Source of the DNA: Candidatus Melainabacteria bacterium 17Bon1m | GTDB lineage: Bacteria > Cyanobacteriota > Vampirovibrionia > Obscuribacterales > Obscuribacteraceae | Direction of reading: 5' to 3' | DNA length: 64,000 nt | Assembly: GCA_032128875.1 (NCBI GenBank) | Contig: JAVLKG010000010.1 | Coordinates: 32,001-96,000, forward strand | Part shown: positions 9,327 through 19,137 of the stretch, one piece after another | Numbering within the stretch: the stretch's first letter is position 1 | Layout: every line of letters starts with the position of its first letter | Position numbers and translations under genes: made by a program | The notes under the pieces: model-generated | What the model was told of the DNA's origin: nothing | The model's input: the letters and a program-made list of their open reading frames with translations, nothing else | Database searches by the model: none

Positions 9327-11090
9327 ATGGCTGAAATTCAAAATAGACATGATGTCCAAAAGGAAAGAGAGACCTACAGCAGCGAAGCGCAGACAGCGAC
9401 TCGGCTCTTCTCAGAGGTTTTGGACACAGTAAGGGTCGCGAGGCAACGAACAGAGCTGAGGTCAGCAGAACAGACAAGTTCGCCCAATCAAGTTGGACAA
9501 TTTCAAATCAGCAACATTTGGTCGGAGATGAATCTCTCAGGCGATCGTCTAGGACGCGCCCAAGAGGATTTACATCCGGCGCAAATTCAACGTACCACTG
9601 TTCGGGGAGTTGGTGCAAATGACTTAACGCAAGTCCAAATTACATCCAGGAATGGAGTTGCTACCAATATAAGAGACCATCTTGGGCTTTGGACCAGCGA
9701 AGATGGGCAGACCTGGACCACCGGCGAACCTCACTATCGCGTGCGCAGGGGCAGCGCGCAAATTGACGCAACTGGTACCTATTCATTTCACAATGAAGAC
9801 TATGGCGTCCGCACTTCTTTGTCACCAGATGGAACAACACGAAGAGAAGTAACCATCGGTGGTGTCACCTACTCGCATACGCGAAATGCGATGGGCGAAC
9901 CAGTTGCATTCACTGACGAGCGTGGACAATGGACAATGCAAGGCAATCGCTGGGTTCATGAAGATGCTGTGCAACAGCGGGAAGGAGATGTTGACCTAAC
10001 CTCCTTTGGAAGATTTTCGTTCAGACCGAGAGCTGGTAGCGATGGACAGACGAGAGTCACGGAGCAGCTCAGGGAAATTCAAGCACTCACAAGACAAATC
10101 GAAGAACGATTTCGTCTGAGAATTGCACCTGAAGGAGTTCAGCGGGTTGATTACAGAGCAACAAACATTGCTGGGACACCGACTTTACGCGAACTGCAAG
10201 TGCTGCAGAGTGTGTTAGAAAGGTCGCCAGTACGCGATTACGAGAATCGCATGACAGTCTGGTTCATAAGACCCGACGAAATGCGCCCAGGAGATGCCCA
10301 GTCACACATGGGACATCTCGCGAGTGAAAATTCACCGCGCAGAGATCATTCATGTGATAACTGCGGCAGACATGGACTTGTTCGTGACGGCAACCACATG
10401 GTGATCATGCCGAGTGCAAGACAAACACCAGAGGGATTCAATGGACTCGAAGGCACAGTAATTCACGAGTTGGTGCATTATGAACAGAGTCGATTTTTTG
10501 TTCGTGGAAACGAAGGTTGGGGAACAGGAAGACAACGGACACCGGAAATTGAGCGAATAGTCAACGACTTGGGTTGGCGCTTTTGGTCAGGACGGGCGGA
10601 GAACGGAAGAGCTGTCGAAAGAAGTGCGCTAATTGACAGACAAAATAATCATTGGGTGTCAAATACAGACCGAGAGGGAAACACGACATGGCGGCGAGTT
10701 GTTGGTGGAGTGCTGCAAAACGGACGCCTCGTTGGCGGACAAGTAAGCAGTCGCAATGATTCCGAGCATAGGCTTAACAACGAGCAAATGGCAGAACGTG
10801 CGGCCGTACCTCAAGGAACCGGTTATTTCATAGAACCGGATGAGACGCTGGCAAATCTGTTTGCGATGTTCAGAGTAAGCACCGCGAGTGCAACAGAAAA
10901 TCGAAGAACGTTGGCTGTGAATCATCCACAACTTTACGCGACAGTCAGAAGGCTTGACCAAGAGTTCATAAATAGAGGCTTGAGAAGAGACGCAAGGCAA
11001 CCCGAATTAGTTCGCGATCTGGAAGGACGCATCGTTCTAAATACATCGGAAGTCAGTCGTGAAATTAGAGAAAGCGAAATGCAGTGGTAG
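9327..11090 (+). CDS. Hypothetical protein with a zincin metallopeptidase motif
   Basis: VIHELVH (HExxH) and a downstream PDETLA third-ligand-like motif. Beta-rich N-terminal half. Start placed at MAEIQN. Confidence 0.65.
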   Translation: MAEIQNRHDVQKERETYSSEAQTATRLFSEVLDTVRVARQRTELRSAEQTSSPNQVGQFQISNIWSEMNLSGDRLGRAQEDLHPAQIQRTTVRGVGANDLTQVQITSRNGVATNIRDHLGLWTSEDGQTWTTGEPHYRVRRGSAQIDATGTYSFHNEDYGVRTSLSPDGTTRREVTIGGVTYSHTRNAMGEPVAFTDERGQWTMQGNRWVHEDAVQQREGDVDLTSFGRFSFRPRAGSDGQTRVTEQLREIQALTRQIEERFRLRIAPEGVQRVDYRATNIAGTPTLRELQVLQSVLERSPVRDYENRMTVWFIRPDEMRPGDAQSHMGHLASENSPRRDHSCDNCGRHGLVRDGNHMVIMPSARQTPEGFNGLEGTVIHELVHYEQSRFFVRGNEGWGTGRQRTPEIERIVNDLGWRFWSGRAENGRAVERSALIDRQNNHWVSNTDREGNTTWRRVVGGVLQNGRLVGGQVSSRNDSEHRLNNEQMAERAAVPQGTGYFIEPDETLANLFAMFRVSTASATENRRTLAVNHPQLYATVRRLDQEFINRGLRRDARQPELVRDLEGRIVLNTSEVSREIRESEMQW

Positions 11091-11169
11091 ATTTTTCAAA
11101 TGATGTTTGAGTGATGGTTTTCGCAAAGCGCGCCGCCAAATAAACGACAACAAAACAGAGTGCTTCTGC

Positions 11170-12675
11170 TTAGAACTTAATCACTAGCCGGTTATCTTTG
11201 CCTTTCAGTTCCGCAGAGATTTTACAGGTACTTATGTGCTCAGTCCATGACTCGTTTGGTAATGTCCAGACAACATCGTATCCTCGTTTCTCTTTTAAGT
11301 CATACAGAATTTTGCGGTCATATCCATCTTTCGGATCTACTGCCGTCAGCCAAATGTGCGCACTTCGCAAATCCATGCCTGCAAGATGTATAGTCTTCAG
11401 CTGAGCGGGCGCAGAGAAATTTAGTTGCACATGCCGTTTGCGCATTGGCAGGGTCAAACAGAGTTGAGCCCCTGTTGGGTAATAGAACAGGTATTTGGAA
11501 TCAGAGAATTTGCTCACTTCCAGACTACCTGGAATCCAATCGCAAATTTCCAGCTCCGGTTTGAGCACGGCCGTTTTAGGACCGAGAACCTGTGGGAAAT
11601 TCTTTTCCAAAATGTCAGCTGCTTCTTTCGCGTAGAAGTGTGTGATGAAAGAACCAGGATGCGAATCGGCTGGATTACACGCCAAACGCATCGAAGCATT
11701 GTCGACATTAAATTGAGGCTCAATGCGCAGAGCTCTGATGTATGAGTCCGTAATATCAAAACACTGAATGCCGAAATGTCGAAACCATGGAAGAATTTGT
11801 GAGAAACGAACCTTGTAGTAGTCTGCTAAATAGTCAAAATATTTTTGCGGGCAGATACCGACACTATCTTCCGGAGCCCCATTTGTGATTGCCGGCAATG
11901 TCATCATAAATGCAGGACAACTCAAATCTTTCAAAGTTTTGCTAACATCGGCAAGAGTCGCCTTATATTCTTGGAAGTTAGTACCCATGAGATACCTAAG
12001 TTCCATTTGAGTTGCGTAGGTACCTGCCGCGATTGAAGACGCACGATCTAATCTTTCCAGCGTTGTTTCGGCAATATGCGGCAAGGTGCTGCGAAATGTG
12101 CGCAAAATATATTTCTCTAAGACGCTGGAATCTCTTGAATGAGAATCGCGGACTAAAGACCTGCCAGATTTATCAAATTCCTGTGCGTCGTTAGGATTGT
12201 ATCCCCAGATCAAGATATCCGGCTCATAGAGTTTCGCCCACTTCTGAACCAGACATAACTCGCCCCTCGTGTTTCCAAATAAAAGCGGGCCAATTGCCAT
12301 CACTTCAACATCGTTATAGCCTCGGCGCAATAGAAGCAGCTGAAGTTGACGCCACCAAGCATCGTTTATATTTGCCAGGGGATGACCAACGACGTAAGAA
12401 TCGCCAACTACAATTATTCGCTTTGCTTTCGTCTTTTTCTGTTTGAAGCGAAGGCCTGGAGACATCCAAACACCCACATCCTTCGCATCAAGCGGTCTCG
12501 CGTTAGACGCCCACTGAAGAAAATTAGCCTCTCGCTTCGCGTCTTTGGATACCAAACGCAAATTGTCTTCAAGGTACGGAAATACGAAATAGTCAATTGC
12601 CACCAATGAAATGGCAGTTACTAAGAAGGATATAGCTGCGATTGATTCCAGACGTTTCCGAGTGTCTCTTGTCAT
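11170..12675 (-). CDS. Membrane-anchored SGNH/GDSL hydrolase-fold protein
   Basis: N-terminal TM helix, VVGDSY block I, NPND block III, DSHP block V. Confidence 0.75.
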   Translation of the reverse strand: MTRDTRKRLESIAAISFLVTAISLVAIDYFVFPYLEDNLRLVSKDAKREANFLQWASNARPLDAKDVGVWMSPGLRFKQKKTKAKRIIVVGDSYVVGHPLANINDAWWRQLQLLLLRRGYNDVEVMAIGPLLFGNTRGELCLVQKWAKLYEPDILIWGYNPNDAQEFDKSGRSLVRDSHSRDSSVLEKYILRTFRSTLPHIAETTLERLDRASSIAAGTYATQMELRYLMGTNFQEYKATLADVSKTLKDLSCPAFMMTLPAITNGAPEDSVGICPQKYFDYLADYYKVRFSQILPWFRHFGIQCFDITDSYIRALRIEPQFNVDNASMRLACNPADSHPGSFITHFYAKEAADILEKNFPQVLGPKTAVLKPELEICDWIPGSLEVSKFSDSKYLFYYPTGAQLCLTLPMRKRHVQLNFSAPAQLKTIHLAGMDLRSAHIWLTAVDPKDGYDRKILYDLKEKRGYDVVWTLPNESWTEHISTCKISAELKGKDNRLVIKF

Positions 12676-12955
12676 GCCAAACAGTTCAAAAAAAATGACA
12701 CAAAAACATTACACCGATTTGAAACGATCAATATTAACCATTTGGCCACAAATGGCCCTAATAGTATCCTTTAAGCAGGAAACCTGCAGAAAAGGAGCTA
12801 AACTCAGGAATGTAAGAAATAAATGACATAGGCTCATCGGCGCAAAAGAACAGCCGTTGCGTTTGCGTTACATCCTACTCATCTATATCTACAATTTAAT
12901 GCAGCTCACCCACCTGAAACGCCACTCAAATATGGTGATGATGATGATGAAAAAA

Positions 12956-13016
12956 GGGCGCATGCAATGCGCCCCCACGATAATTGCAAAAAAAGGCGCG
13001 TGCAGTGTGCCCCCAG
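12956..13016 (-). repeat. Two REP-like palindromes (reverse orientation, the second degenerate)
   Basis: gggcgcatgcaatgcgcccccacg and ggcgcgtgcagtgtgcccccag. Confidence 0.8.
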
Positions 13017-13022
13017 AAATTA

Positions 13023-13055
13023 GAAGTCCGTTCCACCTAAGATGAAACGGACTTC
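13023..13055 (-). terminator. Hairpin downstream of the 13081 gene, possible terminator
   Basis: gaagtccgtt … aacggacttc, a 10-bp inverted repeat. Confidence 0.4.
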
Positions 13056-13080
13056 CTTTCTTCGTTCTCTCGCTCAAAAA

Positions 13081-13476
13081 CTATATTTTTGGTTTATGCA
13101 TAATAGATTTCTTTTGTTTGATAATGTCCATGTTTGCTTCGCTATCGAGATGACGCAGTTTTTCAGTATATTCTTGCGGGCTCAAGCGCTGGCGTGCGCC
13201 ACGACCGCTCTCCTCCATTCCTGCGGGTTGATCGGCAAGACGAAGATCTTTGGTTCCACCTCCGACGAGATTGATGATGTTTGGGTCACCACCAACATTG
13301 CGTCCTGCATTATCTGCTCCGCTCAAAGTTAGCGGCGGTAGACTGTCATATGTTCTTCCAGCCTGAAAGTTGCTCAGCTGACTAAACGAACCCGGTTGTG
13401 TCCACGGCGATTCAAAAGCACTACTGGTAGTACCAACAGCAGGGATTTCATTCCTGCCAATATTCCGCTCTGTCAT
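13081..13476 (-). CDS. Hypothetical protein (131 aa)
   Basis: ATG with an AGGAG RBS. The ORF-track 5' extension overlaps the opposite-strand regulator and is unlikely. Confidence 0.65.
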   Translation of the reverse strand: MTERNIGRNEIPAVGTTSSAFESPWTQPGSFSQLSNFQAGRTYDSLPPLTLSGADNAGRNVGGDPNIINLVGGGTKDLRLADQPAGMEESGRGARQRLSPQEYTEKLRHLDSEANMDIIKQKKSIMHKPKI

Positions 13477-13736
13477 AATATAAGATCTCCTGTGGGGTGA
13501 AGAAGCGATTGCTGGGGTGAAGCTGCTTCGCTGGAGTAAAGCTACCGCAGCTACAGCAGCAGCTGCTGCACAGCTGTAATTGCACACGCTCGTTCTTGGA
13601 TGTACACATCTTAGAGATCGCAGCTGACATGGGGACAACATCGATATTTCACTTGCTTGAGTCGCAAATTCTGCTACATTCACATTTACATACCTACTTA
13701 TTTGAATCGCGCTGCACCTTAAGCTCTCAAAAACAA

Positions 13737-14408
13737 ATGACAAAGATTCTATTCGCCGAAGACGACAAGCTTGTTGCTGAAACAGTTGCCGATGCTCTGC
13801 AACTGGCAAAATACGAAGTAGATGTTGTTGAGTCAGGCTTGGAAGCTGAAGAGCGACTTCGGAATTCTTCTTATGACATGGCAATTCTAGACAGAGGACT
13901 ACCTGAAAAAGATGGTCTGGTCATTTTGCAGGAATATCGTGTTGCAGGTGGTGACATACCTGTGCTGATTCTTACCGGTAAGGGCGATATTGAGAGCCGT
14001 GTTGAAGGACTAGAGTCTGGCGCCGATGATTACCTCGGAAAACCATTTTCGATGGATGAGCTGCTAGCGCGCGTTCGCTCTTTGCTGAGACGTCCACATA
14101 CGCTTGTAAGCAACCAAGTTAAGATTGGATATCTCACTATCAACTTCGATAATTCAACGGTATCGAAGGACGGAGAGCCGGAGATTTCTCTTCTCGCAAA
14201 AGAGGCCGCGCTGCTAGAGTTTCTTCTGAAGAACCGCGGCAAATATTTTACGGCAATCGAACTCTTAAATAAGGTTTGGGCTTCAGAGTCAGACTCAACA
14301 GAAGATGCAGTGCGTCAATGCTTTGTACGTTTGCGGAAGAAAATTGACAAACCGGGGTCTGACTCGCTCATCAAAAGCAGCCGCAACCTCGGTTACATGT
14401 TGGAATAA
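13737..14408 (+). CDS. OmpR/PhoB-family response regulator
   Basis: KILFAEDD, ILD phosphoacceptor, GADDYLGKPF, winged-helix C-terminus. Confidence 0.95.
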   Translation: MTKILFAEDDKLVAETVADALQLAKYEVDVVESGLEAEERLRNSSYDMAILDRGLPEKDGLVILQEYRVAGGDIPVLILTGKGDIESRVEGLESGADDYLGKPFSMDELLARVRSLLRRPHTLVSNQVKIGYLTINFDNSTVSKDGEPEISLLAKEAALLEFLLKNRGKYFTAIELLNKVWASESDSTEDAVRQCFVRLRKKIDKPGSDSLIKSSRNLGYMLE

Positions 14409-14411
14409 AAA

Positions 14412-15722
14412 CTACGGATCGACCGATAGCTTCTTTGCGGTTTCTAAATCGCGGCGAGCATCGTCTCTTTTGCCAAGCTTTTCATAGGCTTTTGCTCTAC
14501 ACTCATACCATTTTGGGAAGCTAGACTGCTTGTTGACCAGCCGGTCCCAATCTGTAAGCGCATCATTCCAGCGCCCAACTCCTTCGTAGGCGCGTGCTCG
14601 CAACTCTCTTGCATTTGTATTTTCAGGAATCACAGTCAAGATGGAAGTCAACTTTTGCGCAGCACTCGCATATTTTTTCAACGCTATCTCCAGTCTGCAC
14701 ATTTCAACCGCGTCTTTTGCAAAACCACTTCCAAGGTTTTTGACATTGCCACGAGACAAATCGTAGTCATTGATTTTCTGCTCCACGTCGACAATGTGTT
14801 CCCTTGCTTTGAGCGCACCTTGTAGATCGCCCATCGATTCCAAACACTTCGCCAATGAATTACTTGCGATAATTTCGCTGGATGGATTTAGCTCCATAGC
14901 CAAAAGAGTGTTCAAGGTTTTCACCGCTACCTTGTAATCCTTTTCCTTTTGGTAGGCTTCCGCAAGTTTTTGAAGCGCAAATGTGTGATTTGGTGCGAGT
15001 TTCACCACCACAGTCAAATCAGCAATCACCTCTTGTCGCTTTCCAAGGATCTCCCAAATTTCACTGCGCAGCACCAACGCACTTAGATCTTTTGGATGTT
15101 TCCTCACATAATCGCTGATGAACTTGACCGTATCATCACTCTTCATTCGAGATTTAGATATGCGTACCTGAGCGCTGACAACATCGAAGTCGTTGGTATT
15201 AGCGTGCAGCGCCTTTTGCAGCGCCACATCCGCAGCGGTTTGATTTCCCATCGCATCGCACACTTCAGCTTGGACCGCATAATTTCTTGCCGACGGGTTT
15301 ATTCTCAGCGCCTTCCTAATGGGCTCAACAGCTGAAGAAGTTTGTTTGCACTTGCACAGGACCAGGGCTCGTGACGCTAACACCGAGTCGTCGTTTGGTG
15401 CTAGCAAAACAGCTCTGGCACTCAGATTTAGAGCGTCAGCAAACCACCGCAGGCTCGCATAATTTAACGCAGCTTCCGCAAGTGCTCGCGGATATTTCTG
15501 CAATTCTTGATGCTCTTCAAAATAACCGCGAGCTGCATGCCTGTCGTCAATCGAGCGTAGTCGTAAAAATTCGGCAAGCACTCTAGGCGCCGACACCGTA
15601 CTAGCTCTTCGTGAGGATGGCTTCAGTTGAGCATCCGAAACTTTCGCCACCGCACCGAGTTGAACGCACGGGAGAAATATATCTATCGCTATCGCGAACG
15701 CGAAAATCGCTAGTGGGCGCAT
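14412..15722 (-). CDS. Exported TPR protein
   Basis: Signal-like N-terminus, many TPR repeats, overlaps the kinase stop codon. Confidence 0.8.
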   Translation of the reverse strand: MRPLAIFAFAIAIDIFLPCVQLGAVAKVSDAQLKPSSRRASTVSAPRVLAEFLRLRSIDDRHAARGYFEEHQELQKYPRALAEAALNYASLRWFADALNLSARAVLLAPNDDSVLASRALVLCKCKQTSSAVEPIRKALRINPSARNYAVQAEVCDAMGNQTAADVALQKALHANTNDFDVVSAQVRISKSRMKSDDTVKFISDYVRKHPKDLSALVLRSEIWEILGKRQEVIADLTVVVKLAPNHTFALQKLAEAYQKEKDYKVAVKTLNTLLAMELNPSSEIIASNSLAKCLESMGDLQGALKAREHIVDVEQKINDYDLSRGNVKNLGSGFAKDAVEMCRLEIALKKYASAAQKLTSILTVIPENTNARELRARAYEGVGRWNDALTDWDRLVNKQSSFPKWYECRAKAYEKLGKRDDARRDLETAKKLSVDP

Positions 15723-17503
15723 GGCACACTCACAACAAACTTACTGCCTTTGCCGATTTCGCTTTCGACCCAGATGGAGCCGCCATGGGCTTGCACTATT
15801 GCCTTACAAACAGACAGACCCAAACCAACTCCGCCCTTCGATTGCTTCTTGCCGGCTTCAGTTTGTGCAAAACGCTGGAAAAGATTTGCTTGTTCTTCTT
15901 TTTCTATGCCGGGTCCTTCATCGATGACTTCAAACACAGCACTTGAATCGCGCTTTGCTGCAACGACATTTATTGTGGAATTTTCCGGAGAAAACTTAAT
16001 CGCGTTGCTCAGCAGGTTGGTTATAACTCGCACGAGACGCGCCTTATCGACCAGGCAAGCAAACTCTTCGCTGTCCGTACTAATCACGATGTTTTTCTTC
16101 GTGGCCAGCTCACCTATCAAACCGCAAGACAACTCAACAACTTCGCGAGCGCTTGTTTCGCTTTTATCTAATACGTAAGCAGAGGAATCGATTTTTTCGA
16201 GTTCGAGAAAGTCATCGAGTAAATCGACCATTTGCGAAAGAGACAATTCCGCTCTGCTTAGCCTTTGCTGCGCGCCCTCAGGCATTTCGCCAATAGAACC
16301 GGAAGAAAGTATGTTTAAGGTGATTTGAAGAGCCGACATCGGTGAGCGAAGGTCGTGCGTAATCATCTCAACGAGTTGCGCTTTCATCCGCTCGAGTTTC
16401 TTTCTTTCAGTCACGTCATGAGCGACGCAAAAGATCTGCTTCATCTCTTGCGAGAAAAAAGTGTTCCATTGCATCTCAACGCGCTGGTTATCGCGCGTTA
16501 CAACATTTGTCTCAAAAGTCGTGATTCCTTCGCTAGACACCACTTGCGAAATCGTTCGCTGCACACGCTCTTTTTCATCTGGCGCAACCAAACTGGCAAG
16601 ACTCTTTCCAAGAATTTCGTCGCTCTCGAACTTCCACAGTCTTTGCGCAGCAGGATTCACCTGCTGGAATTTGCCCTTCTCATCGAGCGCACAAATAACG
16701 TCTACCGCTTGCTCGACTATAGCCTGTTCTTTGAGGCGAGAATCGCGCAGAACATTTGAAACTCTATGAATAACACTATCCAATTCAACAATGTCATCCT
16801 TGCCTTCGATGCGGTGCTTCAAGGGCTGATTGGCACCGAGAGACATGACATTTTCTGTCAAGTGCGCAAAGCGCTCGGAAGTAGTTCGGTCAAAACGCAG
16901 AATGAAAAGAATCAGAATAATCACATTCGCTGCGATAGTCGCATATATGATCGCGTAGATGCGACCTTGCGTTTCCAGCTTGCTCAAAGCGATGCTTCGA
17001 CGAGCATCGGTCAGACGGCTCATCATTTCGCCAGTCACGCCAGTGACTCTGTTGAGAATGCCGCGCAATTCCATGAATGCTACAGCTTGATCGATTTGGT
17101 CTTGTGATTGCGCTGCCTGCGATCCGCGCTCGGACGCCTGCTTCAAGGACAAGAAAAGGTCTTCGAGCTCTTTTGATTCCTTCCGTTCGCCGAGAAAAGG
17201 CTTCGCTTTCGCTCGCAATATGTCGCTTTGGATTGTGGCTGCTTGAACCTTGTTGCGGAAAGAAAGTTCGTACTTCGGCTCTCGACTGACTTGATACATC
17301 GCTTGGGCGCCGGCACACGCGATGAGCTGAGCGAGGAATTTGACGTTTTCGCCCAGGTAATCGGCGGCACGAGCCTCGCCGTTGTAACACTGCTCTAACT
17401 GCTTGATGTTGGACGCAAGCAGGTAGACGAGTGCTATTTGCACAACCATCGGAATACAGACAAACAGCAGGATTTGCCTAGTAAACTTAAGTCGGAATTT
17501 CAA
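15710..17503 (-). CDS. Membrane sensor histidine kinase with a PAS domain
   Basis: Two TM helices, HAMP, PAS, H-box THDLRSP, N-box NLLSNAIKF, G-boxes DEGPG and GVGLGL. Confidence 0.95.
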   Translation of the reverse strand: MKFRLKFTRQILLFVCIPMVVQIALVYLLASNIKQLEQCYNGEARAADYLGENVKFLAQLIACAGAQAMYQVSREPKYELSFRNKVQAATIQSDILRAKAKPFLGERKESKELEDLFLSLKQASERGSQAAQSQDQIDQAVAFMELRGILNRVTGVTGEMMSRLTDARRSIALSKLETQGRIYAIIYATIAANVIILILFILRFDRTTSERFAHLTENVMSLGANQPLKHRIEGKDDIVELDSVIHRVSNVLRDSRLKEQAIVEQAVDVICALDEKGKFQQVNPAAQRLWKFESDEILGKSLASLVAPDEKERVQRTISQVVSSEGITTFETNVVTRDNQRVEMQWNTFFSQEMKQIFCVAHDVTERKKLERMKAQLVEMITHDLRSPMSALQITLNILSSGSIGEMPEGAQQRLSRAELSLSQMVDLLDDFLELEKIDSSAYVLDKSETSAREVVELSCGLIGELATKKNIVISTDSEEFACLVDKARLVRVITNLLSNAIKFSPENSTINVVAAKRDSSAVFEVIDEGPGIEKEEQANLFQRFAQTEAGKKQSKGGVGLGLSVCKAIVQAHGGSIWVESEIGKGSKFVVSVPCAH

Positions 17504-17558
17504 GATAAGTGGACCAAGGTCGGCGACTATAGGTATTCTACAGTCCGTGACAACCGAC

Positions 17559-18167
17559 TCACGGCGCTCTTGGGTCGTCGCTCTCTAAAATTTGCCCAGA
17601 TTCCGACTTGTAGAGTCCTTTCCTGATTCGTTGGACGGTACTTCGCTTTTCCGTCAGAAACATCAGAGTCTTGGCATAATCCTCGAAATTAGCGGGGCAA
17701 GAATTCCCTTCTTCTGTAAAAACGCTGATGGAATGTGGCTTTCGGCGGCTATCAAACGCATCAAACTTCAAGCACAGCGTATATCGTCGACCGTCAACAA
17801 AGATAAGTTGGGCGTTTAGGAGTGGTCGCTTGCGCTCGCGCCCACGATTTAGCCCGCGAGCTGAGCGCACCCAGTTTTGCACAAGCCAGCCAGGCAGACC
17901 AAGGCGGCGCGCCACCTCCGCCGCGGTCAAGCCGCCTTCAACTTCCGAAACAGCCTTATCTTTGAAAGATTGGTCAAACACCTGCTTCTTCGGCATTTGT
18001 CCATCTGCCGTATCAGCGGCGCTTTGACGATCTGAGGCGCTTGGAGTATCAGCGGCTCTTTCAGCTTCTGCATTGGCAGCAGTCTCTGTAGCTGCCTTGG
18101 TAGCAGTCTCTGTAGGCGCCTTGTCTACAGTGCCTGATGTTTCAAACGTACCAATTGATGCAACCAA
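17559..18167 (-). CDS. Protein with an IS3-OrfA-like HTH fused to an unknown C-terminal domain
   Basis: FDQSFKDKAV…TAAEVARRLGL…VQNWVR. The TTG start after a GGGGG RBS is tentative. No integrase ORF nearby. Confidence 0.6.
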   Translation of the reverse strand: MVASIGTFETSGTVDKAPTETATKAATETAANAEAERAADTPSASDRQSAADTADGQMPKKQVFDQSFKDKAVSEVEGGLTAAEVARRLGLPGWLVQNWVRSARGLNRGRERKRPLLNAQLIFVDGRRYTLCLKFDAFDSRRKPHSISVFTEEGNSCPANFEDYAKTLMFLTEKRSTVQRIRKGLYKSESGQILESDDPRAP

Positions 18168-18330
18168 ATGGCCCCCTAATTTACACGCCAAACGCCCCAG
18201 GGCAAACGCTATGCCTCTATAAACCACCTTACTCGGCGACACCAAAATGAGACATCCATCTCGAAAGGGTTTCTCTATCACTAAATAGAGGGATTAATGG
18301 CTGGCGCAGAGGCGCAGACAGCGGTTGCGC

Positions 18331-19011
18331 CTACGCTTTGGGCGGCACGAGCATATATCCGACCCGGTGAATCGTCCTGATGATCGACTCCTTACCGGGC
18401 TCGTCAATCTTATTGCGCAGTCTCATGACGTGCAAACGCACCGTATCAGGGGCTGCATCAGAGCTGGCGGTCCAAACTCTATCCATTATGGCTTCAGCGT
18501 TAAACGGCTGATTCGGATGGCGCAGGAGAAATTCAAGCAACGAGTACTCCTTAGGCTGCAGATCAACCTCATTGCCGCAAAGCGTGACCGTGCGACTGGA
18601 AGGGTCCAGCGAAAGATTACCCGCGGAGAGAACTGTTTTGGTCACATTGTTCGTCCGTCTCAAAAGGGCGCGCAAGCGTGCCGAAAGTTCAATGACATCA
18701 AACGGCTTGGTCAAATAATCGTCCGCGCCGGAGTCCAGTCCCTCGGCTTTATCTGTGATTTCCTTCTTGCCGGTCAACATGAGAATGGGAGTCGTGCCAC
18801 CTTCATCACGAAATTGGCGGCAGACTTCTACGCCCGATAATCCTGGCAAATCCCAGTCCAATATGACAACGTCATACTTATAGAACTTCAGCCGCTCAAG
18901 CCCATCCGTGCCTTTATAGACCGCCTCGGTGGCGTATTTTTCGCCAGTGAGCCAATCTACAATTAGGGCTGAAAGCTGTTTATCATCTTCGACAATAAGA
19001 ACTTTGGCCAT
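18331..19011 (-). CDS. OmpR/PhoB-family response regulator
   Basis: KVLIVEDD, ILDWDLPG, GADDYLTKPF, RTIHRVGY. Confidence 0.95.
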   Translation of the reverse strand: MAKVLIVEDDKQLSALIVDWLTGEKYATEAVYKGTDGLERLKFYKYDVVILDWDLPGLSGVEVCRQFRDEGGTTPILMLTGKKEITDKAEGLDSGADDYLTKPFDVIELSARLRALLRRTNNVTKTVLSAGNLSLDPSSRTVTLCGNEVDLQPKEYSLLEFLLRHPNQPFNAEAIMDRVWTASSDAAPDTVRLHVMRLRNKIDEPGKESIIRTIHRVGYMLVPPKA

Positions 19012-19137
19012 CGAGAATTCCGTTAAAGTTCAGGCATAACATATTAACAGACTGCGAAAGCGCCAAAAATTACGGGCAACTGCGTCAAACTAACCGAAGC
19101 TAAATCAATAACGCAACAACCGGCAGCCAACGGAAAC

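Noticed and set aside
13477-13884. 5' extensions of ORFs 13081..13884 and 13596..14408
   Set aside because: The extensions overlap each other on opposite strands. Better starts exist at 13476 (with RBS) and 13737 (receiver domain start).
17850-18000. Active IS3-family insertion sequence
   Set aside because: Only the HTH is present. I saw no DDE transposase, frameshift-linked OrfB or terminal repeats.
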